From Octopus vulgaris (taxonomy: Eukaryota), in contig OX597837.1 of assembly GCA_951406725.2 (NCBI GenBank), forward strand, positions 34,038,001 to 34,102,000: a stretch of DNA of 64,000 nucleotides, read 5' to 3'. Below the pieces are notes generated by a model, which saw only the letters and a list, made by a program, of their open reading frames with translations, made no database searches and was not told the DNA's origin. Positions 26,926 to 40,773 of the stretch are shown one piece after another (the first letter of the stretch is position 1; every line of letters starts with the position of its first letter). The translations under genes were made by a program, and so were the position numbers.

Positions 26926-27190
26926 TAGTCACGGCTGGAATGCTTCTGATCATAAAGTCTGCCTGGTCAAAACTGACCCGGAGCAAAACTTTAATATAAC
27001 CACAAATGAGATCAATCCTTCAGATTTCACTCCTTCCCCCACCCCCCAAAATAATCAATCACAACTAATGATGGAGTAATGATCAATTAACGATCATCAC
27101 CCCTCCACCACACACACACACACACACCACGAATAACGACCATCTCGCCAGACCCCAATCCTGCTTTAAATAATAACCATAATTGACAAA

Positions 27191-27600
27191 GGCGCAGGAG
27201 TGGCTGTGTGGTAAGTAGCTTACTAACCAACCACATGGTTCCGGGTTCAGTCCCACTGCGTGGCATCTTGGGCAAGTGTCTTCTGCTATAGCCCCGGGCC
27301 GACCAATGCCTTGTGAGTGGATTTGGTAGACGGAAACTGAAAGAAGCCTGTCGTATATATGTATATATATATATGTGTGTGTTTGTGTGTCTGTGTTTGT
27401 CCCCCTAGCATCGCTTGACAACCGATGCTGGTGTGTTTACGTCCCCGTCACTTAGCGGTTCGGCAAAAAAAAGAGACCGATAGAATAAGTACTGGGCTTA
27501 CAAAGAATAAGTCCCGGTGTTAGTTGCTCAATTAAAGGCGGTGCTCCAGCATGGCCGCAGTCAAATGACTGAAACAAGTAAAAGAGAAAGAGAAAAGAGA
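27191..27600 (+). mobile_element. SINE family A, full length
   Basis: Matches family. Confidence 0.9.
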
Positions 27601-27816
27601 ACCATTCTCTCCTCTCTGTTTCCCCTCCCCTCAAAATCTGCAACAAACAAAAAACACTAAAAAAAAATGCTTAAGTGGTAACTTAATTCATTAAATACAA
27701 GTTCTTAACTCTAATAAAGTAGAAACCTAATAGCTGAGCTTTAAGAACAATAATTAAAAATGAAGTTTAGCATAATTATACATATTTGAGCGTGTGTGTT
27801 TGAGTGTGTACGAAGA

Positions 27817-28201
27817 GGAGACGCAATAGACCAGTGGTTAGGGCAGCGGAGTCGCGGTCGTGGGATCGCAGTCCCGATCCCCGGACCGAGTGTTGCGAGT
27901 GTTTATTGAGTGAAAACACCTAAAGTTCCACAAGACTCCGACAGGGAGTGGTGGCGAACCCTGCTATACTCTTGCACCACAATTTTCTCTCTCTCTTACT
28001 TCCTGTTTCTGTTGTACCTGTATTTCAAAGGGGCCAGAGTCTTGTCACACTCTGTGTCACGCTGAATCTCCACAAGAACTACGTTAAGGGTACGTGTGCG
28101 TCTGTGGAGTGGTCAGCCACTTGTACGGTAATTTCACGAACAGGCTGTTCCGTTGATTCGGATCAACTGGAACCCTCCGCCGTCGTAGCCGACGGAGTGC
28201 T
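27817..28201 (+). mobile_element. SINE family C
   Basis: Reverse-complement homologue of 13638-14020. Confidence 0.85.
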
Positions 28202-28239
28202 ACGACGACATGTTTGCCAAATTTTTACAAGGCAAAAGC

Positions 28240-28301
28240 TTCAGTTTGCAAGCCTTCGTCAGATTGTCTGACGAAGGCAAGGAAGCTGAAACACCGGAGT
28301 C
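28240..28301 (+). ncRNA. Hammerhead-like core within a head-to-head inverted repeat
   Basis: GCCTTCGTCAGA-TTG-TCTGACGAAGGC; CUGACGA A GGC-AAGGAA-GCU GAAAC ACCGGA GUC; stem I poor. Confidence 0.45.
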
Positions 28302-28489
28302 TCTGTTAACCATTTCGTTGTGTACATACACACACATTTAAAATAAGCAGACGTTGTAACACTACAGCATATTGCGAGTAAACAAAGCTAAATAAGAAAA
28401 CATTAACAGATAATAACTTTCAAATTTTATAAAATTCCCTGCAGAAATCGAACACTGAATGGAAAAGCAATTCTAATATCACAACACGA

Positions 28490-28716
28490 GGCTGAGCTGG
28501 CAGAAACGTTAGCGCGCCGGACGAAATGCTTAGCGGTATTTCGTCTGTCGTTACGTTCTGAGTTCAAATTCCACCGGGGTCGACTTTGCCTTTCATCCTC
28601 TCGGGGTCGATAAATAAAGTACCAGTTTCGCACTGGGTCGATATAATCGACTTAATCCCTTTGTCTGTCCTTGTTTGTCCCCTCTATGTTTAGTCCCTTG
28701 TGGGCAATAAAGAAAT
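28490..28716 (+). mobile_element. SINE family B
   Basis: Matches family. Confidence 0.88.
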
Positions 28717-29281
28717 ATATAATTAACATACAACACTATCGCTCTGAAGGTCAATTTCTGGCGGGGAAAATCTGCATAAACTATAGAGGCAACGCAGGAG
28801 ACAAAATTAGACTACATCCCGAAGATGAGTCTGAGATAGCCTGAAATACTGTTCTAAAAGAACTCTAGCGTTCTGATTCGCAGACACAAATAAACGTTAA
28901 TGAAAAAGATCAAATTAGAACATAGTCGTTATTTCCAATATATGTTTAAAGGAGAAGCTGTTTCCACACATGCAAATACTTATACACACACGCACCCATT
29001 CACACATGCACTGTATATATAAATAGTACGCGCGCGTGTAAGTGCATATATGGGCGCTTATGTGTGTGTACAGATGTCTGTATCAATAAATCATATTTAA
29101 TTAAGTTATTAATAAGTCCCACAATCCAACAAAAGATTAAAATTTAAGCTTTACTAATTGATATTTTCTATTTCATGTAATTTTCATTTTGAAGCATTTA
29201 ATAATAAAAATGTCGAAGCTGTTTCTGGTAGGCAGGTGAATCCACATCGAGAAGACAAACCTATGAAGGAAGGGACTACAT

Positions 29282-29571
29282 CTCTTTTACTTGTTTTAGT
29301 CATCTGACTGCGGCCATGCTGGAGCACCGCTTTTTAGTCGAGCAAAGGACTTATTCTTTGTAAGCCTAGTACTTATTCTATCGGTGTCTTTTGCCGAACC
29401 GCTGGAATACGGGGACGTAAACACACCAGTATCGATTGTCAAGCGATGTTGTGGGGGACAAACACATACATATATATATACATATATACGACGGGGTTCT
29501 TTCAGTTTCCGCGTACCAAATCCACTCACAAGGCTTTGGTCGGCCCGAGGCTATAAGTAGAATACACTTGC
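29282..29571 (-). mobile_element. SINE family A, 5'-truncated
   Basis: Matches family. Confidence 0.85.
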
Positions 29572-30069
29572 CTGCCACATGCAGTAGCCAAAAGCCATCA
29601 AATCACGTCCTACCATCTTAAAAGACACATTGGGTGATGTGGTTCTAGATATACTAGTTTGGAGGGAATGGTCATGGGAGGAAAGCCTTTGATCATAGAT
29701 CTGACCGACCAGAGTTGAACTGAGTTTAAACACCACTGTTGTTTGATTTATACGAGTTTGTCTCCTGGAAATGGCAGAAGTTACGAGAAATGTTACGAAC
29801 AGAATCAAGATTGTATGAACAACGCAAGGGTGTGAATATGGAGAGGGAGAGAAAGAGGGAGAGAGAGAGAGAGAATCCTTAGATTTAATGAGACGGGAAT
29901 CTAAATGAGCATTCGCCCCATCATTAAGGTTAAGCAAACATACGTCAGAGAGAGAGAGAGAGCGAGAGAGAGCGAGAGAGAGAGAGAGCGAGAGAGAGAG
30001 CGAGAGGCAGATAAATACGTAGATGAATAGACAGATAGATATATAAAATATAGATAGATAGACAGATAC

Positions 30070-30100
<31 letters not shown>

Positions 30101-31898
30101 CTATAAGTAGACGGGTAGATAAATATATGTAGAGAGACATAGATACGTAGGTAGATATGCAGGCAGGTTGGTAGGTAGGTAGGTAGGTGGGAAGGCAGAT
30201 ATGACGTAAATTACGTAATTATGGGAGGGATGGAGGAAGATTAGAGACGCAGCCGAACCGAAATGAGAGGTCACCAGCAACACAACCAGCTCAGACGTCA
30301 GTGAAATTTCAGTTTCCCTTCAATCATTGCAGCCGACCCCCGACATCTCACCACCACCACCACCACCGCTGATGCCGCCGCAACCACAAAACTGTCACAA
30401 TGCGCATGCGTCGTGCCGCCTTCTTCCTTCACCAACATTTTTTTATGATTTGCTTTGCTGGTGGAGGTTAATTAGCAACGATGGATACGGTGCAAGAAGG
30501 AAAGGTTTTTTTCTTTTTTAAATGCAACGCGTAATGACGACGACGACGACAATGATGATGATGATGATGATGACAAGCCTGGTAGAAACGGCGCGGGGTG
30601 GTGGAAAGCAAACCCGAAACGGAACGGGACGGGACGAGACGAGACTGTCAGGGTGGGTATAACGGAAGGAAGAGAAAAATGGCGGGTTTTAAACTGATGG
30701 ATGTGATGTTATGAGAGTGATGCGATTGGCTTACGTGAGCTTCGAGGGAAGAAAAAAATTACTGTGGAGAGGTGTGTGTGTGTGTGTGCGCCATCCTCCC
30801 CACGTTATAATGTGTGAGAGCAAAAGCGTGCGTGATTTCCAAGCTTACATGCACGCACGTACGTACGCTCGCAGTCATCAGCTGTACGTACGCATGCACC
30901 TAAAATGCGTGCTGTATGTATGTACGTACGTAAGTCGAAATGCGTGTAAAAAAAAATAACATTTGTTTTTGTTACAATGGAGTGTACACAGAGGACCCAA
31001 CTCATCGCAGAAGGGTATTGTGGAATATAGGAGAGTGAGGGGGAGGGCGGAGCGGGGGGAGGGAGATCAACCGCAAGCGATATTCAGAAAGTGCAACATC
31101 TAGCTTGAAGCAGAAATAATTGCGAAACCCCTTCAAATTACAGCTGACACCAGGTCCGATTAAAAAGTATTAGGACTGGTGCTATAAAAAAAAAGAAGAA
31201 AAAAAAAGAAAAACTACAACGTATCTCAATCAATTCGGCATTTAATCTCCTTTGAAGTAGTCCCTTTCTGAAGTCACACACTTGATCCAGCATAGCTTCC
31301 ATTGATGGAAGCATTCTTGGAACTCCTTTTTTTGGGTGGGGGATGGTGACCATCTTCTTCAAGTGCGATTTGATCTTTGGAAAGATTTTTGGCCGTAATA
31401 ACTTTCAAGGCATGTCCCTTTCCACTCACACACACACACATTGTCTTTGCTATGGTCACTGATAGAACTTCTGTGGTATGGAGAGACGACCACAATCTAC
31501 ACACTTTACTTTTAAGCACTACTATAAAACAGCGGAAGTGAAAGAGAATGTTACAACTTAGTGTGCATGCGCGATAGAATTCAAGGTGATTCTGTGCCGA
31601 GCGGCTTCGCTCTGCGTTCTATAAACTTCATTATCACAGAATCCGCCTCGAAACATTTTGACTGAACCTCGTATGCAGGGTCTCACAAGTTCAAAAGAAG
31701 CTGTGACCGGTCACTAACAATAAAGAACTTCATGATAATTCTGAGGGTGAATAAAATTTTGGAGTGAAAAGCATTTTAAAACCATAATCATTAGTCCGAC
31801 AACGCAGATAAGCCCACAATATACGCACACATATACATAGCGGTATTGAAACTTGTACACACAGATATGCTGCCATTTACTCAACACACACAGACATA

Positions 31899-32286
31899 GG
31901 CGCAGGAGTGGCTGTGTGGTAAGTAGCTTGCTAACCAACCAAATGGTTCCGGGTTCAGTCCCACTGCGTGGCACCTTGGGCAAGTGTCTTCTGCTATAGC
32001 CCCGGGCCGACCAATGCCTTGTGAGTGGATTTGGTAGACGGAAACTGAAAGAAGCCCGTCGTATATATATATGTGTGTATCTGTGTTAATCCCCCTAGCA
32101 TTGTTTGACAACCGATGCTGGTGCGTTTACGTCCCCGTCACTTAGCGGTTCGGCAAAAGAGACCGATAGAATAAGTACAGGGCTTACAAAAGAATAAGTC
32201 CCGGGGGGTCGAGTTGCTCGATTAAAGGCGGTGCTCCAGCATGGCCGCAGTCAAATGACTGAAACAAGTAAAAGAGAGTAAAAGAG
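31899..32286 (+). mobile_element. SINE family A, full length
   Basis: Matches family. Confidence 0.9.
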
Positions 32287-32725
32287 TATACGATTATGTA
32301 CCAAATATGTAGTAAGAACATCTGCTTATTCTAGTAATCCAAAGTCGTAGACGTTGATGATATATTTGGGTGAGGTATGCATAAGAGTTGGACAGTCTGG
32401 TATACATGTCTTCGTAGAGTTATTTATATATCAAAACAGGAAATAAAAAAAACAAAATTCGGTATTATTTATTACTCTGAATCACTGTTGCTTCTGATAA
32501 GTATCTGTATCTATACGTACATACAACTTTCACTTGTTTCAGTCATTTCGATGGAATGTTGTAAAAGTAATTCAAGTGCTGAGAGTTCCGTGTACTTATC
32601 GAACTTATGAGTTGGACAAATGTCATGAACGAAACTAGGACTCACACTAACTTTCAGCCGATTACAAATTAATTCAAGAAAGAAACAAACGTGTCCGTGT
32701 GTGTAGGGAGCTGTCATTTGGTTAG

Positions 32726-32760
<35 letters not shown>

Positions 32761-32787
32761 AAGGGAAAGTTTACGAAAATAAACAAA

Positions 32788-32945
32788 AGACGAAGGCAGG
32801 TGGAGTACAAACAAACAAATGTATTAGTATAGCGCTCAGGAATAGAAATAGAAAAAATCTTTTACGTTTCGAGCCTACGCTCTTCGACAGAGAGATACAC
32901 AGAAAAAAACAAGGACAGAAGAAAATGCGTGTGGGAGCTAACGAT
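32788..32945 (-). mobile_element. Divergent P1-related hammerhead element
   Basis: Minus CUGUCGA A GAGC-GUAG-GCUC GAAAC GUA; shares CGCTCAGGAA motif; TA flanks. Confidence 0.7.
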
Positions 32946-32994
32946 GTATGTATATATATATATATATATACATACATACACTTTATTTAAAAGC

Positions 32995-33029
<35 letters not shown>

Positions 33030-33185
33030 GAAATGAGGCTGAGTAGATGAGATGAGTTACAATAATGGTTCCCCCACCAACCTCCTCGTACACAATTTCC
33101 TTCTTTATTTCCTTTCTCATTTCTCATTATCGTTGATATAATCTATGCAGTATTATCTATGGTGACGAACCTTTGTGGAAGAAGT

Positions 33186-33186
<1 letters not shown>

Positions 33187-33219
<33 letters not shown>

Positions 33220-33322
33220 AAGATAGATAGATAGATAAACAGACAGACACAGATAGATAGATAGATAGATAGAAAGATAGATAGATAAACAGACAGACAC
33301 AGATAGATAGATAGACAGACAG

Positions 33323-33369
<47 letters not shown>

Positions 33370-33395
33370 CAGACAGACTGACAGATAGAGAGACA
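33187..33395. repeat. (GATA/GACA)n microsatellite
   Basis: Direct reading. Confidence 0.95.
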
Positions 33396-35027
33396 GACAT
33401 TGTCTGGTGACAAACCTTTGTAGAACAAATAAGACTCTTCCAACCAGCACCATTACCACAGGGCACACACTTCAGGCCACAATAGCACCATTAACGGTAA
33501 CAACACGACCACATCAGCAGCAGACATTTCCCCTGGCAGTCATTCAAGTGTCGCCCCATCTACCGCAATCAACACCGCCGTCACCAACACCACTACCTCA
33601 TTCTAACACCTTAGCTGCAGGCATCAACCCCCAAGAGGCACTCAAGTATTTTGACCATCACTACTACGACCTCCACCGACAGACAGCCTTCCAGACGTTA
33701 CCGCAGCCGCTGCCAGCGCCACCATTGCTGCAAACACGACGACCGACCGACCGACCGACATTGCTGTTAGCTTCGTTGTCTTCCTCTCACCAATAAACTC
33801 GCTGTCCACAAGACATTTTCTTAGATATTGGTGCTCGTCAAGAATGGCATTGTTAAATCACCACCACTGCATCGATAAAACTCGATCCTCTCACCTATGC
33901 ACTTTTCAAACGCCATTAGCCTCTACTGCCTCATCATCATCACGATCGTCATCATCATCAAAGGACAGCAGCATTCTCGTTCCGTTTCCAGCATCCATTG
34001 GCTGTCATCTTTACCACCACCACCACCATCTCCATCTTCATCTCCACAACAGCGGCACTTTCGTTATGGTGACGTTTACCATCTCTAGTCCACACCGCCA
34101 ATACCACCATCATCATCACCATCACCATCAAATGCTGAAGTGACAACAGTCACACCTTTCGACATCCACCTATCTACTCACCCACCTATCAGAGACCTGG
34201 GTCTGGCGGTGGTGATGGTGGTGAGGGAGCGGCAGTGGCGGAGGTAGACTTCACGAAAAAAAAAAAACCTCCGAAAAAAAACAACAAAAAAACCTGGTCT
34301 TAATTCCTTCCCAGCAGCACCACTTACCACTTACTCCATCTTTAACACCATCCCCTACGCCACCCGTGCCACCTCCTCCGCGTGCCACGGGCAGCTGACT
34401 CCAGCCCCAGTCAAACACAACATTTACTCACTTCTGCCTTTCACCAAACCCTACCCTACCCGCTGTCATCTCACTGCCCTTACCCTCACGCGCACCCCCT
34501 CCCCGACTTGGAAAAGCTGGCTTTCCTTGTTTTTATTATTTTTGTAAAGGAAGGGGGGCCCCACCCCCCGCAGTGGCGTTGGTGGTGCTGCAGTTGGCGG
34601 TGGTGGATGCCTTGTCGCAGCAGTCGGGGTGTCGTGGTTGTCGGCTGCGGTTCTTGGTGTAAGGCGGTGGTTGTGTTTATGGCGTTGGCAGTGGTGGTGG
34701 TGGTTGCGGTGTCGGTGGTGGTGGTGGTGGTACCGGCGCGGCGGCGGCGATGGTGTTTGTGTTGGACACCTCTCGTCCCACCAGTCACTGTGTGTGTGTC
34801 GTCATCAGATGTCGCATCGGCTCCGCCAACACCACCACCACCACCACCACCATCGTCGTCGTCACCCCTGCCGCCGTCACCGCCGTTTTGCTATCGGCTG
34901 CAAAGCGTGAAAGTCGACACTTGACGGACAAAAGACAGCAAGCAAAAGCAAAGCAAAAACAACAACAACGCCACTACACTCAGACGGTGTGACAAGAAAA
35001 ATGCGCGCGCACACACACACACGCGCG

Positions 35028-35061
<34 letters not shown>

Positions 35062-35252
35062 CACCAACAATATGCAGTCAATTGCACATCATTGTTAGAG
35101 CAAACACTGTCTTGTCTAAATATACAAGACTTATGAGAGGAAATTAAAAACAAACCGACATATTCTCTCTGTGTGTCGGTTTTATTCAAACACACATACA
35201 CGTAGGACGTAAGCATTGGATAATAATAAATAACGCACGCTTTTTGTACATA

Positions 35253-35572
35253 CTCTTTACTCTTTTACTTGTTTCAGTCATTTGACTGCGGCCATGCTGG
35301 AGCACCGCCTTTTTTTTTTAGTCTTATTCTTTGTAAGCCTAGTACTTATTCTATCGGTCTCTTTTGCCGAACCGCTAAGTAACGGGGACGTAAACACACC
35401 AGCACCGGTTGTCAAGCAATGCTAGAGGGACAAACACAGACACACACACATATATACATATATATATATATATATACGACGGGCTTCTTTCAGTTTCCGT
35501 CTACCAAATCCACTCACAAGGCTTTGGTCGGCCCGAGGCTACAGTAGAAGACACTTGCCCAAGGTGCCACGC
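35253..35572 (-). mobile_element. SINE family A, truncated
   Basis: Matches family. Confidence 0.87.
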
Positions 35573-36174
35573 GGATAGAAAGCCCACAATATACGCTCAC
35601 ATATTCATAGCGGTATGATTGTACACACATACAGACATGCTACCAGTTTTATTCAAACACACCACACCCTATATACGCGCATACACACCGAAAGATATGA
35701 CGGCTACGTACGCACACACAACGAAACATATACACAGATACATAATCGTACACAGCCATTTCTACACACACACACTCATATATGTATATGGTTATGTACA
35801 CACAATATACACACGAGAATGTGAATGATATAAATTTGTTATACGCACTACATAGACCTTAGAGTTTTTACAAATTCTACATACACCTCTTCTGAGTCCC
35901 CCTCACTCAGCCCTTTTAATATAGTCTTAGGTGTACTAATATTTGAAATACGAGTTTTTCACGCATTTTCGTTTACGTACGTATATATACCCTGCATTTG
36001 TATGTTCTGGTTTAGTTTGAATATTGTCACTTCCCAGACGAACGATGTTGGACACCAAGTGTCAAAATCGTAATGACTTTCGATAAAATATTGGCTGATG
36101 AAATAAATTCATCCCTCTCTGCTTGATTCGATTTTTCATTATCATATACGTACTGAAGGAAGGCCTTCGTCTTC

Positions 36175-36297
36175 CACGCAGTTCGCAGTTCAGTCCCACT
36201 GCGAGTCACCTTGGTCATGTGTCTTCTGCTATAGCCTCGGACCGACCAAAGTCTTGTGAGTGGATTTGCTAGACGGAAAGTGAAAACACAATCCGTC

Positions 36298-36358
<61 letters not shown>

Positions 36359-36752
36359 ATCCAAACATGAACAAAGAGAAAACACAACAACGCGAGGACA
36401 TGGAACAAGTATAGTGTTATTGGACACTCAGGAAAAGAAAGGAGGATTTAACGTTTCGAGCGGAGCTCTTCGTCAGAAACATAGAAAAAGGAAAGGTCCA
36501 AGGAAGGGAAGACGGAGAAAGAAAATCGCCAACGATACACACGCGGTCACATATATATATATATGGGGGGGGGGGGCACCACCGCTTTACAACAGGTGTT
36601 GGTGTCTTTGTGCCCCCGTAACGTAGCAGTTCGGCAAAAGACACCGATAGAATAAGAAACAGGCTTTAAAAATGAGTCCTGGTGTCGATTTGTTCGAGGT
36701 GATATGTCCCAGTGTGGTTGCAGTCTAATGACTGCAACAAGTAAAAGAATAA
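36175..36752 (+). mobile_element. Older SINE A interrupted by a P1 element in its TA tract
   Basis: SINE 5' part to about 36300, 3' part from about 36575. Confidence 0.8.
36355..36550 (-). mobile_element. Hammerhead-bearing element family P1, full length
   Basis: Minus GUUU CUGACGA A GAGC-UCC-GCUC GAAAC GUU AAAU at 36446-36480. Confidence 0.85.
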
Positions 36753-37137
36753 AACTGTGTGTGTGTGTGTGTGTGTTCGATGTCACCTTTGTGCAATGTT
36801 CCCCCCCCCTCACGCCCCACCGTTTTTCTGTTGTAAAGAAAATTTGATGGGAGGTGTAGAGAGGTCAAACATCGTTGATATTTCGTTTGAAGTATGAAGA
36901 AAAAAGGTCAGTTAAACAGGCGGAAATGGATGACAGAGGAAGTTCCGGAAGTGCTGTAGTTAGTGAGGCGCAGTGAGGTGAAAAAAAGAGCGAGTGACGG
37001 GTGTTGTTGATGGCGATTATCAAATGCGCATAATTTAATGGCGACAGCGGTGTTGATAATGATAATGAGGACAATTGATAATAATAATTTTTATTATCAA
37101 AATTATAATTTTTTTACATCAGGTGTTTTATTTCTGG

Positions 37138-37172
<35 letters not shown>

Positions 37173-37450
37173 TGCACGTGACCGAGTGGTGAGGGCGTTG
37201 CACTCACGACCGATTCACGGGTGGTGCGTTTTGTTCTTGAACAAAAACACTTGATTTCACGGTACTCCAGGCCACTCAGCCGTAAAAGGATAACCCTGTG
37301 ACGGATGGCGTCACGTTCAAGAGGTATTGTTGACCTGCCCGCAAAAACAGCAGGGTAGCATCATTCGGAAGCTACAACAATGCGAGGAGACGCATTGACC
37401 GTCGGTGTATAATAACATCCGATGGTCTGGTTGGTACAGTGGTTATATAA

Positions 37451-37681
37451 GGCGGCGAGCTGGCAGAAACGTTAGCACGCCGGGCGAAATGCTTAGCGGT
37501 ATTTCGTCTGCCGTTACATTCTGAGTTCAAATTCCGCCGAGGTCGACTTTACCTTTCATCCTTTCGGGGTCGATAAATTAAGTACCAGTTACGCACTGGG
37601 GTCGATGTAATCGACTTAATACCTATGTCTGTCCTTGTTTGTCCCCTCTACGTTTAGCCCCTTGTGGGTAATAAAGAAATA
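37451..37681 (+). mobile_element. SINE family B flanked by a 144-bp direct duplication
   Basis: 37303-37446 repeated at 37682-37825. Confidence 0.9.
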
Positions 37682-37928
37682 GGATGGCGTTACGTTCAAG
37701 AGGTAATGTTGACCTGCCCGCAAAGACAGCAGGGTAGCATCATTCGGAAGCTACAACAATGCGAGGAGACGCATTGACCAGCGGTGTATAATAACATCCG
37801 ATGGTCTGGTTGGTACAGTGGTTATTATATAAACAAGATTGAACGAACAGGATTTAATCACATATTGCAACAATTGTTTCTGTTAGTTGCCGAGTTATCC
37901 AGCACTATTATTACATTAAGTATTACAG

Positions 37929-38123
37929 ATCGCAGAGTATACTCGCAGCAAGTATAGATGGGCTGGACACGTCGCCCGGCTCACCGATAATCGGTGGACG
38001 CACGCAGTTGACGAGTGGTACCCGCGTGAGCGGAAAAGACCACCCGGAAGACCTCCACGACGGTGGAGTGACGATTTCAAGAGGACGATTGGGATCACGT
38101 GGATGAGAAAGGCGCGATCCAGA
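37929..38123 (+). pseudogene. RTE-clade LINE reverse transcriptase C-terminal fragment
   Basis: Open frame IAEYTRSKYRWAGHVARLTDNRWTHAVDEWYPRERKRPPGRPPRRWSDDFKRTIGITWMRKARSR with WAGHVAR and GRP..RW motifs. Confidence 0.85.
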
Positions 38124-38146
38124 GTGATCAAAGTGATTACAAATAT

Positions 38147-38493
38147 AGGCACTTTTTTGTCAATTCACCCCCATTAAAAAATTGGGTTATCTCCGAACTT
38201 AAAAATCGAGTTAATGTGGCAACGAGATTGCATTAAAAGAGTTAGACCCTTTTGATTCACTACTTCACCACGTTGTTGACGTTTGGGCCCCCTCAATAAG
38301 GCATGGCATGATTTGTTATAAAAAAATGTTATTAGATTCAATAAGATGTTTAATTTTTTCAGTTTTCATGTTTATTAATTTTTCATTCTTTTTCTTTTCT
38401 TTTATTGAGGGTTAGACAATTTTCTTTAGTTGGGGAGATGACCAAAAATACTGATATTTCTCGTAAAACGGGGTAGATAACCAAAAAGTACCC
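38147..38493. mobile_element. TIR MITE, second copy of the 22222 family
   Basis: Colinear similarity; ends ...AAAAAGTACCC. Confidence 0.75.
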
Positions 38494-38509
38494 AGATATT
38501 AAATAAATA

Positions 38510-38917
38510 GGCGCAGGAGTGGCTGTATGGTAAGTAGCTTGCTTACCAACCACGTGGTTCCGGGTTCAGTCCCACTGCGTGGCACTTTGGGCAAGTGTCT
38601 TCTATTATAGCCCCGGGCTGACCAAAGCCTTGAGTGGATTTGGTAGACGGAAACTGAAAGAAGCTTGTCGTATATATGTATATATATATATATGTATGTA
38701 TGTGTGTGTATATGTTTGTGTGTCTGTTTGTCCCCCTAGCATTGCTTGACAACCGATGCCGGTGTGTTTACGTCCCCGTCACTTAGCGGTTCGGCAAAAG
38801 AGACCGATAGAATAAGTACTGGGCTTACAAAGAATAAGTCCCGGGGTCGATTTGCTCGATTAAAGGCGGTGCTCCAGCATGGCCACAGTCAAAATGACTG
38901 AAACAAGTAAAAGAAAA
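38510..38917 (+). mobile_element. SINE family A, full length
   Basis: Matches family. Confidence 0.9.
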
Positions 38918-39291
38918 AGATATGATCAAGCATTTGTGTACCGGCACGTCATCAGGCAAGTGGCTTTGATAGCACCGTTACACACACACGAAATACTAAA
39001 TACATAAAAGTCACCATTGACTAAGATGTGTAGATTAAAAAGCCCTAGGAAGTCTTCTCTTCTAATTGCAACGATAATTTCAGTGAATCGAAAGGGTGTC
39101 AATAATGTATTACATATCCGGGACAAACGTGTTAAGTCACACATTTTGAACCACCACCACCACCACCACCACCTGCACTAATGATGATCGCATCGTTACA
39201 GCTCGCAAGCTAAGGACCTGAAGTGACCCTTATAACCGAAAGAGAAGTAGAAGAGAAAGTGGGTGACGATTTTAAGCAGGAGTGGTACAGA

Positions 39292-39689
39292 GGCGCAGGA
39301 GTGGCTGTGTGGTAAGTAGCTTGCTTACCAACCACATGGTTCCGGGTTCAGTCCCACTGCGTGGCACTTAGGCAAGTGTCTTCTACTTTAACCTCGGGCC
39401 GACCAAAGCCTTGTGAGTGGATTTGGTAGACGGAAACTGAAAGAAGCCTGTCGTATATATGTATATATATGTGTGCGTATATGTTTGTGTGTTTGTCCCC
39501 CTAGCATTGCTTGACAACCGATGCTGGTGTGTTTACGTCCCCGTAACTTAGCGGCTCGGCAAAAGAGACCTATAGAATAAGTACTAGGCTTACAAAAGAA
39601 TAAGTCCTGGGGGTCGATTTGTTCGATTAAAGGCGGTGCTCCAGCATGTCCGCAGTCAAGTGACTGAAACAAACAAAGGAATAAAAGAG
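39292..39689 (+). mobile_element. SINE family A, full length
   Basis: Matches family. Confidence 0.9.
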
Positions 39690-40316
39690 GGATAAGAAGT
39701 GTTAAAAAGATAGGGGACCATAGTAGGCAACAGGGAGGTGTGGAGGGGAGGGATTAATAACATGGGTTATTGAAAAAAGGGAGAGATAGAGCTGGAAAAA
39801 AGGGGTGATAGGGTGGGTTGTGTAAGGTGGGGCTGTAGTTATCCAATATTATAAGAGATGAGGATGGACAAGAATGTGTGTGGGAAAGGGGACAAAAACG
39901 GGAGCAATAGTCGACAAAAGTGGGGGAATGAGCCCTGAATGTGTGTGTGTGTTTTGTTTAGACATGACTTAACTGATTTTGCAGGTCCATAATCAAAGAC
40001 ATTCCAATAACCATCGTCTTGTTTGTTTTTTTTCGTTCGGGGTGGGGACTCTCGACTTCATTATCTAATGCGCCCTTTCATTTTTTTTTTAAAGAAGACA
40101 ACAGGATGTTATTTGAAGGAGAGGTGACTGCTATGTCTAGCTAGCAGGTCGAGCTACCATGCAAGGGCTCCTCTCGCCGGGGAGGCTGTGTGATTGTATG
40201 CAACTGAAAATAGCGAAGAACGATATATATCATGAGTGTATACGTATACGTGTATGTATGTGGGTGTATATATGTATGTGTGTGTGTATATCTATATATA
40301 TATATATATATATACA

Positions 40317-40472
40317 AGAGTGGCTGTGTGGTAAGTAGCTTGCTAACCAACCACATGGTTCCGGGTTCAGTCCCACTGCATGGCATCTTGGTCAAGTGTC
40401 TTCTGCTATAGCCCCGGGCCGACCAATGCCTTGTGAGTGGATTTGGTAGACGGAAACTGAAAGAAGCCTGTC

Positions 40473-40515
<43 letters not shown>

Positions 40516-40729
40516 TGTGTATGTTTGTGTGAGTGTGTTTGTCCCCCTAGCATTGCTTGACAACCGATGCTGGTGTGCTTATGTCCCCGTTACTTAGCGG
40601 TTTGGCAAAAAGAGACCGATAGAATAAGTATTGGGCTTACAAAAAAGAATAAGTCCCGGGGTCGATTTGCTCGAGTAAAGGCGGTGCTCCAGCATGGCCG
40701 CAGTCAAATGACTGAAACAAGTAAAAGAG
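40317..40729 (+). mobile_element. SINE family A
   Basis: Matches family. Confidence 0.9.
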
Positions 40730-40738
40730 TATATATAC

Positions 40739-40773
<35 letters not shown>

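Noticed and set aside
31274-31519. Possible degraded LINE RT fragment on minus strand
   Set aside because: Only a faint resemblance; too degenerate to support
31676-31700. Pieces resembling the reverse complement of miR-125
   Set aside because: Halves are in the wrong order and there is no precursor hairpin
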